A DNA stretch of 64,000 nucleotides from an uncultured archaeon. Lineage in GTDB: Archaea > Iainarchaeota > Iainarchaeia > Iainarchaeales > 1-14-0-10-31-34. The translations under genes were made by a program, and so were the position numbers. Within the stretch, counting starts at the first letter, position 1, and each line of letters starts with the position of its first letter. The stretch lies in assembly GCA_964608675.1 (NCBI GenBank), contig CAZSOZ010000001.1:96001-160000 (forward strand). The letters are read 5' to 3'. The notes under the pieces are model-generated. The model saw only the letters and a list, made by a program, of their open reading frames with translations, was not told the origin of the DNA and ran no database searches. Below, piece after piece: positions 56,759-64,000 of this stretch.

Positions 56759-57637
56759 ATGAAAAAGAAAAACAAAAACCTAATTAAAGAAATTGCTTTA
56801 GAGAGAATGTACAGATTAATGGATTTAGCAATTGAAGAATGGAAAAAACACTCTGAAAGAAGCTTGGATTACTTAAAGTTAATGAAAAAAATAGGTTCAA
56901 GGAACAAAGTAAGAATTCCAATTGAGTTAAAGGAATTATACTGCAAGAAATGCATGAGTTTGTTGCTGGAAGGAAAAGACAAGGAAATCAGAGTCAAAAA
57001 CAAGAAAATTTTGATTAAATGCAAAAAATGCGGAAAAATCAAAGAAATTAAAGGAAAACAAAAAAAAGAAAAAATTGTTTTAGGAATTACAGGAAGAATT
57101 GGAACAGGAAAAACAACTGTATTAAATGAATTAAAAAAAAAAGGCTTCAAAACACTTAATGCAGACAAAATAGCAAAAAAAGAATTAGAAAAAAAAAGAG
57201 AAAAAATAAAAGAAAAATTTGGACAAGAAGTTGTTGAAAAAAAAGGAGTCCAACACAAAAAACTGGCTAAACTGGTTTTCAACAACAAAAAAAAATTAAA
57301 AGAATTAAACGAATTAATTCATCCGCTTGTAAGAAAAAAAATTGAAGAAGAACTAAAAGGAAGAAAATTTGTTGCAGTGGAAATTCCTTTGCTGTTTGAA
57401 ACAAGAATGCAAAACTTATGCGACAAGGTTTTGGTTGTGACAGCAAAAAAAGAAAAAATAATTCAAAGAAACAAAAAAATGAACAAAAAAGAAATAGAAA
57501 AAAGAATGAAAAATCAAATGAATTCAAAAGAAAAAAAAAGGAAAGCAGATTTTGTGCTGGAAAACAACGGAAATTTAAAGGAATTGCAGGAAAAAATAAA
57601 TGAATTAATAAAAAAAATTGAAAATGAATTAAAATAA
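56759..57637 (+). CDS. coaE: Fusion: RNase P subunit Rpp21 (N-terminal) + dephospho-CoA kinase (C-terminal)
   Basis: IALERMYRL...YCKKC...KCKKCG (Rpp21), then GITGRIGTGKTT, L..LVF....L..LN.LIHP.V, EIPLLFE, ADFVLENNG (CoaE). Confidence 0.85.
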   Translation: MKKKNKNLIKEIALERMYRLMDLAIEEWKKHSERSLDYLKLMKKIGSRNKVRIPIELKELYCKKCMSLLLEGKDKEIRVKNKKILIKCKKCGKIKEIKGKQKKEKIVLGITGRIGTGKTTVLNELKKKGFKTLNADKIAKKELEKKREKIKEKFGQEVVEKKGVQHKKLAKLVFNNKKKLKELNELIHPLVRKKIEEELKGRKFVAVEIPLLFETRMQNLCDKVLVVTAKKEKIIQRNKKMNKKEIEKRMKNQMNSKEKKRKADFVLENNGNLKELQEKINELIKKIENELK

Positions 57638-57684
57638 AAAACTTAAAGGAGTTCAAACAAAAAATAAATGAAAAAGGTTATTTT

Positions 57685-58161
57685 ATGAAAACAGGAGTTT
57701 ATGCAGGAAGCTTTGACCCAATCACTTTTGGACATATAGACATAATTGAACGGGCTGAAAAATTATTTGATGAAATCATTCTGCTGGTAGCAGAAAACAA
57801 AAAAAAACAAGCATTGTTTTCTCTTTCAGAAAGAAAAGAAATGCTTGAAGAACTATTTAAAGAAAAAAAACACATTAAAGTAGAAGTTTTAAGCGGACTG
57901 CTTGCAGAATACATGAAAGAAAAAAAACTGCATTTCATTATAAGAGGATTAAGAGCAATAAGCGATTTTGATTATGAATTCCAGCATTCAACAATAAACA
58001 AAGAACTAAACAAAGAAATCGAAACAGTTTTTTTGATGACCGACAGAAAATACTTTTATTTAAGTTCAGGCATGGTCAAAGAAATAATCAAACTAAAAGG
58101 AAACACAAAACAATTCATGCCAAAAATAATTGAAAGAAAATTAAAAGAAAAACTTAAATAA
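57685..58161 (+). CDS. coaD: Phosphopantetheine adenylyltransferase, bacterial-type
   Basis: YAGSFDPITFGHIDIIER, IRGLRAISDFDYE, YLSS..VKE. Confidence 0.95.
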   Translation: MKTGVYAGSFDPITFGHIDIIERAEKLFDEIILLVAENKKKQALFSLSERKEMLEELFKEKKHIKVEVLSGLLAEYMKEKKLHFIIRGLRAISDFDYEFQHSTINKELNKEIETVFLMTDRKYFYLSSGMVKEIIKLKGNTKQFMPKIIERKLKEKLK

Positions 58162-58248
58162 AACCTGATTTTAAAAAAAAAACGAAAAATATATATACCT
58201 CTAAAAAGATTATTAGATTATTCTTTAATAAAAGAGGTGAAAAAAAAA

Positions 58249-58533
58249 ATGAAAAAAACAATAATAACAATCCTCATAATAAGCATAATAACCCTAACAG
58301 GCTGCACAGAAACAGGAAAAGCAATAAACACCGAAGACACAACAACCCTAGAACCCGACCAACCAACAAACGCATCAGCAACAGCAAAATGCCTCAACGG
58401 CACAACAGTAACCTGCACAGGAACTGCCTGCTATGCAAAAGATGCGTCCCAGAACGATGATGGAACATTTACAGACGGGCTCTGCGGGTGTGGTCTCGAG
58501 CAAACTAAATGCCCGACTCCAGTAGCAAAATAA
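58249..58533 (+). CDS. Small Cys-rich lipoprotein
   Basis: GAGGTGA RBS, lipobox LTGC, six Cys in the C-terminal domain. Confidence 0.75.
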   Translation: MKKTIITILIISIITLTGCTETGKAINTEDTTTLEPDQPTNASATAKCLNGTTVTCTGTACYAKDASQNDDGTFTDGLCGCGLEQTKCPTPVAK

Positions 58534-58634
58534 AAAAAGAAAAAATATCCAACAAAAAAGAGGAAAAAAACTTTAACCCTCTTTTCCTTTTTCTTTTCAA
58601 TAACATTAAATTACTTTTTTCTTATAATTGTTGA

Positions 58635-59081
58635 ATGCCTGCAATAAAAAATAAAACCAAAAAAAGAAAAAACATTTCATTTGGAAAAAAAGTTCTTTCA
58701 AACAGAATGGCCAAAACAAACAGACAAAAAAATATTCCAACAATTGTTTTTTGCTGCGAGGCAGGAGGCTCAAGCGGAGTAATAGCAAGGTCTCTTCAAA
58801 GGGAACTGGAAAAAAAAGGAATCAAAAAGTTTAGAATAAAAAATGCAGGGCTTTACAATGAATCAGCAGACAGAATTTTAAGCCAAGCTGATTTGGTTGT
58901 TTCGCCTGTTTCACTTAAGGCGCTAATGAAAAATAAAAGCATACCTGAAAAAATAAAAAAAATTTTAAGAAAAAAAAAGTTAATAGAAGAAAATATTTCT
59001 GTGCTGACTGACACAGGAAAAATAAACCGGCAGTTCCTTGAAAAAGCAGAGAAAAAGCTGAAGGAAAAAAACCTGAATTGA
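58635..59081 (+). CDS. PTS EIIB / LMW-phosphatase-like fold protein
   Basis: IVFCCEAGGSSG P-loop-like motif, ADLVVS. Confidence 0.5.
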   Translation: MPAIKNKTKKRKNISFGKKVLSNRMAKTNRQKNIPTIVFCCEAGGSSGVIARSLQRELEKKGIKKFRIKNAGLYNESADRILSQADLVVSPVSLKALMKNKSIPEKIKKILRKKKLIEENISVLTDTGKINRQFLEKAEKKLKEKNLN

Positions 59082-59202
59082 TGACCGGAAGATAAGTATA
59101 AAAAGGTTGTTTTTGATAAAATAATAAGAGAAAAAAACCTCAAATTCTCTAATACTTAATATTACGCTTTTTTGTGTTATTTAAGACATGGAGGCAGTTT
59201 TA

Positions 59203-59763
59203 ATGGTTTCAGTGTACGATGTGCCGGGAACAGAATTAATTAAAGAAATAGCAAAAGAATTAAAAGAAAACAAAAACATAATTCAGCCTGAATACGTGGA
59301 TTACGTTAAAACAGGAGCCCACAAAGAAAGAGCTCCACAAGAAGACGGCTGGTATTATACAAGAATGGCTTCAATTCTAAGAAGAATTTTTTTAGACGGA
59401 CCGATTGGAACAGAATCCCTAAGAACATATTATGGAGGCAAAAAAAACAGAGGAGTAAGACCAAACAAAAAAATTAAAGCAGGAGGAAAAATAATAAGAG
59501 ACTGCCTGCAGGCGTTAGAAAAAGAAGGCTTAATAAAAAAAGAAAAAAAAGGAAGAATTACAACAAGCAAAGGAACTGCTTTCTTAAAACAAGCTTCAAA
59601 AAAAACAGAAGAAAACCTTAAAACAAACCCAAAAACAAGAAAAAAAAGAAATTTAACTCTAGCAAAAGAAAAAGGTTCACAAGAACCAAAAGAAAAAAAG
59701 AAAAAAGAAAAGAAAGGGAAAGAAAATGAACCCAGAGGAGATAAAGCAAAAAAAAATAAATGA
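59203..59763 (+). CDS. rps19e: 30S ribosomal protein S19e
   Basis: VKTGAHKERAP..WYY.R.ASILR, YGG.K.RG; Lys-rich tail. Confidence 0.95.
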   Translation: MVSVYDVPGTELIKEIAKELKENKNIIQPEYVDYVKTGAHKERAPQEDGWYYTRMASILRRIFLDGPIGTESLRTYYGGKKNRGVRPNKKIKAGGKIIRDCLQALEKEGLIKKEKKGRITTSKGTAFLKQASKKTEENLKTNPKTRKKRNLTLAKEKGSQEPKEKKKKEKKGKENEPRGDKAKKNK

Positions 59764-60043
59764 ATTAAAAGAAAAATATTCGCATCAAATGGAAGAACAA
59801 AACAGGAGGACCGACTTAGAAAACCAGATTGAATCTGCATTAAAGCTTGTTTTAACAGAAAACGCAAAAACAAGGCTTTATAATGTAAAACTGGTTAACC
59901 GGGAACTATATTTAAAAACAGCACAAAATCTTATTTATTTATATAAATCAGGTCAAATAAACGAAAAAATCGGAGACATCCAGCTGAAAAACCTGCTTGA
60001 AAAACTTTCTGCAAAAAGAGAAATAAATATTAAGAGAAAATAA
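59726..60043 (+). CDS. PDCD5-like DNA-binding protein
   Basis: LT..AK.RL.NVKLV, G.I...I....LK.LL, I.IKRK; usual position after rps19e. Confidence 0.88.
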   Translation: MNPEEIKQKKINELKEKYSHQMEEQNRRTDLENQIESALKLVLTENAKTRLYNVKLVNRELYLKTAQNLIYLYKSGQINEKIGDIQLKNLLEKLSAKREINIKRK

Positions 60044-60055
60044 AGGTGAAGAAAA

Positions 60056-60244
60056 ATGGCAAGACACAAAAAAAAAGAAAAAAAAGATTTTCTGATTTCT
60101 GAAAGAAAAAAAATAGGAGCAGGAATCAGCAACGCCCCAGTATGGATTGTCCAAAAAAAAGGAGAAAGAATCTGGAACACCAAACAAAAAAGGCACTGGA
60201 AAAACGTTGATTTAGGAAAATTATACAAAAAAAAGAAAGAATAA
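60056..60244 (+). CDS. rpl39e: 50S ribosomal protein L39e
   Basis: APVWIVQK...KRHW; synteny. Confidence 0.82.
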   Translation: MARHKKKEKKDFLISERKKIGAGISNAPVWIVQKKGERIWNTKQKRHWKNVDLGKLYKKKKE

Positions 60245-60257
60245 AAGGTGAAATTAA

Positions 60258-60746
60258 ATGGCAACAGATGTTTATACAATTCCTTTGAAAAAAACAATAA
60301 ACAATAAACCAAGAAGAGGGAGAGCAAAAAAAGCCATAAGAGCTGTAAAAAACTTTTTAAAAAAACACAGAAGATTAAATGAAGAAAATATTGCTGTTTC
60401 AAAAGAAGTAAATGAAAAAATATGGGAAAACGGAATGCAGGGAATACCCCGAAAAATTGAAGTTCAATTAAAAGAAATAGAAGGAAAAACTTTTGTTTTT
60501 CTTAAAGAAGGAAAAGAATTAAAGGAAAAAGAAAAAGAAATAAAAGAAAAAAAGAAAGAAGAAAAAAAAGCAAAAGAAGAAAAAGAAAAGCAAACTGAAG
60601 AAGAAAAAAAAGCAAAAGAAGAAAAAGAAAAGCAAACTGAAGAAGAAAAAAAAGCAGAAGAAGAAAAAAAAAGAAAATTAGAAGAAAAAAGGCAGAAAGA
60701 AAAAGACGCACAAAAAATTGAAATAAAAAGAAAAACAAAAGAGTAA
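60258..60746 (+). CDS. rpl31e: 50S ribosomal protein L31e with K/E-rich extension
   Basis: YTIPL, RAKKAI..VK.FL.KH, VNE.IW..G...PRKI.V. Confidence 0.92.
   Translation: MATDVYTIPLKKTINNKPRRGRAKKAIRAVKNFLKKHRRLNEENIAVSKEVNEKIWENGMQGIPRKIEVQLKEIEGKTFVFLKEGKELKEKEKEIKEKKKEEKKAKEEKEKQTEEEKKAKEEKEKQTEEEKKAEEEKKRKLEEKRQKEKDAQKIEIKRKTKE
60558..60656 (+). repeat. 42-nt tandem repeat (about 2.4 copies) within the rpl31e tail
   Basis: 60558-60599 identical to 60600-60641; encodes EEKKAKEEKEKQTE. Confidence 0.9.
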
Positions 60747-60752
60747 AATAAA

Positions 60753-61415
60753 ATGAGAATAGAAAAAAGCCAGCTTAAAGGAAGCCCTTTTATAGGAGTA
60801 TTTTGCTCTATTACAGAAGAACACGCTTTGCTTCCAATTTACATGGAAAAAAAAGAAGTAAAAAAAATAGAAGAATTCTTTGAAGTAAAAACCATTCAAA
60901 CAAGCATTGCAGGAAGCTCATTAATTGGAAGCATGGTAAAAGGAAACAGTACCGGCTTTATTGTTCCTGAAAACGCAAAAGAAAAAGAAATAAAATTACT
61001 GGAACAAAACGGAATAAAAACCAAAAAAATTAAAGGATTGACTGCTTTAGGAAACCTCATTGCATTAAATGACTTTGGAGGAATAGCAAGCCCTTTAATT
61101 TCAAAAAAAAATTTTGAAGAAATAAAAAAATTTTTTGGAATTCCCTTAAAACAAAAGACTATAGCAACCAGCGAAGTAGCAGGCTCCTGCATGGTTGCAA
61201 CCAACAAAGGATTCATACTGCACCCTGAAACAAATGAAAAAGAATTAAAAGAAATTGAATCAATACTTAAAGTGCAGGGAACACCAACAACAGCAAATTA
61301 TGGAGACCCTTTTGTTGCAAACGATGTTCTTGCAAACTCAAAAGGAGCTTTAATAGGAGAATACACTTCAAATGCAGAAATGTTAATGATAGATGAAGGA
61401 TTAAAAGGAGATTAA
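60753..61415 (+). CDS. eif6: Translation initiation factor 6
   Basis: [14 protein letters not shown]....GNS.G, GNLI..ND.G, VGS-like/ATNKG..HP, TAN.G. Confidence 0.94.
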   Translation: MRIEKSQLKGSPFIGVFCSITEEHALLPIYMEKKEVKKIEEFFEVKTIQTSIAGSSLIGSMVKGNSTGFIVPENAKEKEIKLLEQNGIKTKKIKGLTALGNLIALNDFGGIASPLISKKNFEEIKKFFGIPLKQKTIATSEVAGSCMVATNKGFILHPETNEKELKEIESILKVQGTPTTANYGDPFVANDVLANSKGALIGEYTSNAEMLMIDEGLKGD

Positions 61416-61417
61416 AA

Positions 61418-61603
61418 ATGGAAAAAAACTTTGAAGTACAGGGAAAAATAAAAAACAAGACAACAAACAAAAAATTCACAAAAAAAATTAGTTCATTAAA
61501 TGAAAATACAGCAATAGAAAAAGTAATGAGTTTATTCGGCTCAAAAAACAAAATTAAAAGAAGAAACATAGAAATAAATGAAGTTAAAGAGGTGAAAGAA
61601 TAA
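61418..61603 (+). CDS. rplX: 50S ribosomal protein L18Ae/LX
   Basis: F.V.G, FTK.I, A.EK..S.FGSK.KIKR..I.I. Confidence 0.9.
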   Translation: MEKNFEVQGKIKNKTTNKKFTKKISSLNENTAIEKVMSLFGSKNKIKRRNIEINEVKEVKE

Positions 61604-62046
61604 TGGCAGAAAAAACCGTGAACTTAAACGGAAAACAAATTGTTGATGCAATCACACAAGAAAAAAAAAGGCTGGAACACGTTCAAAGAAGCATTAATTC
61701 AGTTGAAAACCTTTTACAGGAAATCTTTTTTGCAAAAGAAAGCGTTAAAGCAATACAAAAAGCAAAAAAAGGAGAAAAAGCAATAATTACTTTAGGAGCA
61801 GGCATTTTTCTTGACATGAAAGTAGACGAAAACACAAAAGTGAAAAGAAGCGTTGCAGGAAACATTTTAATTGAAAACAAAACAGAAAAAGCTTTAGAAG
61901 AATTAGAAAAACAAGAAAAAGAAGTAAGAGAAAAACTTGAAACATTAAACAAACAACAGCAGTCAATTTATGCAAACATGAATACATTAAGCAGAATAAT
62001 AACAGAAGCACAAAAAGCAAGACAAGGAGAACAAAAACCACAATAA
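61603..62046 (+). CDS. pfdA: Prefoldin alpha subunit
   Basis: Coiled coil / beta-hairpins (LGAGIF, VAGNILIE); synteny. Confidence 0.88.
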   Translation: MAEKTVNLNGKQIVDAITQEKKRLEHVQRSINSVENLLQEIFFAKESVKAIQKAKKGEKAIITLGAGIFLDMKVDENTKVKRSVAGNILIENKTEKALEELEKQEKEVREKLETLNKQQQSIYANMNTLSRIITEAQKARQGEQKPQ

Positions 62047-62055
62047 TTGATTGAA

Positions 62056-63456
62056 ATGTTCGGATTTTTAAAAAAGAAAATTGATTCATTTACAGAAAAA
62101 GTAAAAGGAAAAATAGAAAAAAAAGAAGAAGAAAAAGTAATAGAAGAACAAAAACCAGTAGATGAACCAAAAAAACAAGTTCTTGAAAGAATTGAAGAAC
62201 AGGAACAAGAAAAAAGAAAAGAAGAACATCTGATTGCTCCTGAAGAAAAAAAAATAGAAGAAGATTTAAGCGAAGAAGAAAAAGAAGTTTTACAGGAAAT
62301 AAAAGAAGAAGAAAAAGAAAAAGAACTGGAAAAAAAAACAAAAAAACCAAAACAAAAAGAAGAAGCAGTAAAAGAATTCAAAAAAGAAGCAGAAGAAAAA
62401 ATCAAACAAGAAACCAAAAAAAAAGTCTTTGAAGAAAGAAAAGAAAAACAATTCGAAGAACAATTAGAAAAAAAACTTGAAAAAGAAACACGCACACCTG
62501 AACCAAAAAAAATTCTGCAAGAAAAACCTGAATTCAAAGACAAATCTGATTTAATTAAAGAAAGAGAACTGAAAGCAAAAGTTTCTCTTACTACAGGACT
62601 AAAAAAATTTTTTACAGGAAAAATAAAAATAGAAGAAAAAGACGTAAAAAATTTTTTGGAAGAATTTGAATTAGCTTTAATGGAAGCCGACGTAGAACAA
62701 AACACTGCAGGAAAAATAATTGAAGAAATAAAAAAAACGCTTATTGGAAAAGAAATTGACGGAAAAAATTTAACTGAATCACTAAAAAAAGAAATTGCAT
62801 TAATTATTGAAAAATTAATTAAAATTCCAGAAATAGACTTAGAAAAAAAAATGCATGAAAAAAAACCATTAGTTATTTTGTTTTTGGGTCCGAACGGAGC
62901 AGGAAAAACCACTTCAATTGCAAAAATTGCTTTCAGGTTCAAGAAAAAAGGAAAAACTGTTGTTTTGGCTGCAGCAGACACTTTTCGTGCAGCATCAATT
63001 GAACAAATAGAAAAACATTCACAAAAATTAGGCGTAAAACTTGTAAAGCATAAATATGGAAGCGATCCTGCAGCAGTTGCATTTGATGCAAGAAAATCAG
63101 CAGAAGCCAAAGGAATAGACTTGGTTTTAATTGATTCAGCTGGAAGACAGGAAACAAACACTAATTTAATGAATGAATTAAAAAAAATTGACAGAGTTGT
63201 TCAGCCTGACTTAAAATTGTTTGTAGGAGAAGCAATGGCAGGCAACAGTTTGTTTGAACAAGCAAAAGAATTCAAAGAAAAAATCGGTTTTGACGGGTTT
63301 ATTTTAACTAAAATTGACACTGACGCAAAAGGCGGGACAGCAATCTCTCTTATTTCAGGTTTACAGAAGCCGGTTGTTTTTGTCGGAACCGGACAAAGCT
63401 ATGAACAATTAGTTGAATTTACTCCAAAATTCATTACAGAAAGAATAATTAAATAA
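62056..63456 (+). CDS. ftsY: SRP receptor FtsY
   Basis: Acidic N-domain; GPNGAGKTT, DTFRAA, DSAGR, TKID.DAKGG. Confidence 0.96.
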   Translation: MFGFLKKKIDSFTEKVKGKIEKKEEEKVIEEQKPVDEPKKQVLERIEEQEQEKRKEEHLIAPEEKKIEEDLSEEEKEVLQEIKEEEKEKELEKKTKKPKQKEEAVKEFKKEAEEKIKQETKKKVFEERKEKQFEEQLEKKLEKETRTPEPKKILQEKPEFKDKSDLIKERELKAKVSLTTGLKKFFTGKIKIEEKDVKNFLEEFELALMEADVEQNTAGKIIEEIKKTLIGKEIDGKNLTESLKKEIALIIEKLIKIPEIDLEKKMHEKKPLVILFLGPNGAGKTTSIAKIAFRFKKKGKTVVLAAADTFRAASIEQIEKHSQKLGVKLVKHKYGSDPAAVAFDARKSAEAKGIDLVLIDSAGRQETNTNLMNELKKIDRVVQPDLKLFVGEAMAGNSLFEQAKEFKEKIGFDGFILTKIDTDAKGGTAISLISGLQKPVVFVGTGQSYEQLVEFTPKFITERIIK

Positions 63457-63518
63457 CTGCTGATTCCAAATACTATTAATTGTTTTCTTTACAAAAATCT
63501 TATTTTAAGAGTGATAAA

Positions 63519-64000
63519 ATGAGTTTAGGAGAAAAGCTTAGAGATGCAATGGAAAAAATCAGGAATTCCAGTAGACTGGATAAAGACACAGTTAAAGAAG
63601 TAACAAAAGAAATTCAAAGAGCTTTAATTTCATCTGACGTTCAAATTGAAATGGTTTTAAAATTAACTAAAAGAATTGAAGAAACAGCATTCAAAGACCT
63701 TCCAAAAGGAATAAACAGAAGGGAATTCATAACCAAAAACACTTATGATATTCTGGCAGAAGCTTTAGGAGGAGGAAAAAAACTGGAAAAAACTCCTGAA
63801 AAAATTTTAATGGTAGGATTGTTTGGGGCAGGAAAAACAACCACCACAGGAAAACTCGCAAAATATTATTCAAAGAGAGGAAAAAAAGTAGGAGTAATTT
63901 GTGCTGATACATTTAGGCCTGCAGCATTCGATCAATTAAAACAAGTGGCAGAAAAAATTGAAGTTCCTTTTTTTGGAATTGAAGGAGAAAAAAATGCTGC
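63519..64000 (+). CDS. srp54: SRP54, 5' part; runs off the window edge
   Basis: Not in the ORF track. MSLGEKLRDAMEKI...EIQRALISSDV...GLFGAGKTTT.GKLA...ADTFRPAAFDQL. Confidence 0.95.
   Translation, partial: MSLGEKLRDAMEKIRNSSRLDKDTVKEVTKEIQRALISSDVQIEMVLKLTKRIEETAFKDLPKGINRREFITKNTYDILAEALGGGKKLEKTPEKILMVGLFGAGKTTTTGKLAKYYSKRGKKVGVICADTFRPAAFDQLKQVAEKIEVPFFGIEGEKNA

Overview
AT-rich archaeal chromosomal segment, most consistent with a DPANN archaeon (Iainarchaeota/Diapherotrites-like; this is inferred from gene content, not from a search). It is mostly housekeeping: translation, tRNA maturation, DNA repair (NreA, Rad50, HerA, NurA, Hjc), the S19e-L39e-L31e-eIF6-LX-prefoldin-FtsY-SRP54 cluster, thiamine uptake, and four tRNAs, one with an 85-nt intron. 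Several features are absent from the ORF track or unexplained by it: (1) a type IV pilus locus with a tandem array of five 46-56 aa helix-only pilins beside an EppA-like peptidase, plus six larger class III signal-peptide proteins and a second ATPase; (2) an in-frame fusion of RNase P subunit Rpp21 to a bacterial-type dephospho-CoA kinase, followed by coaD; (3) a shrunken, apparently catalytically dead family-B polymerase derivative between rad50 and herA; (4) GC-rich multi-hairpin elements abutting the tRNA-Val/Gly genes, which are candidate novel ncRNAs; (5) a small Cys-rich lipoprotein with an abrupt codon-usage switch. No CRISPR array, rRNA or transposase was seen. All calls come from reading motifs by eye; no database searches were run.
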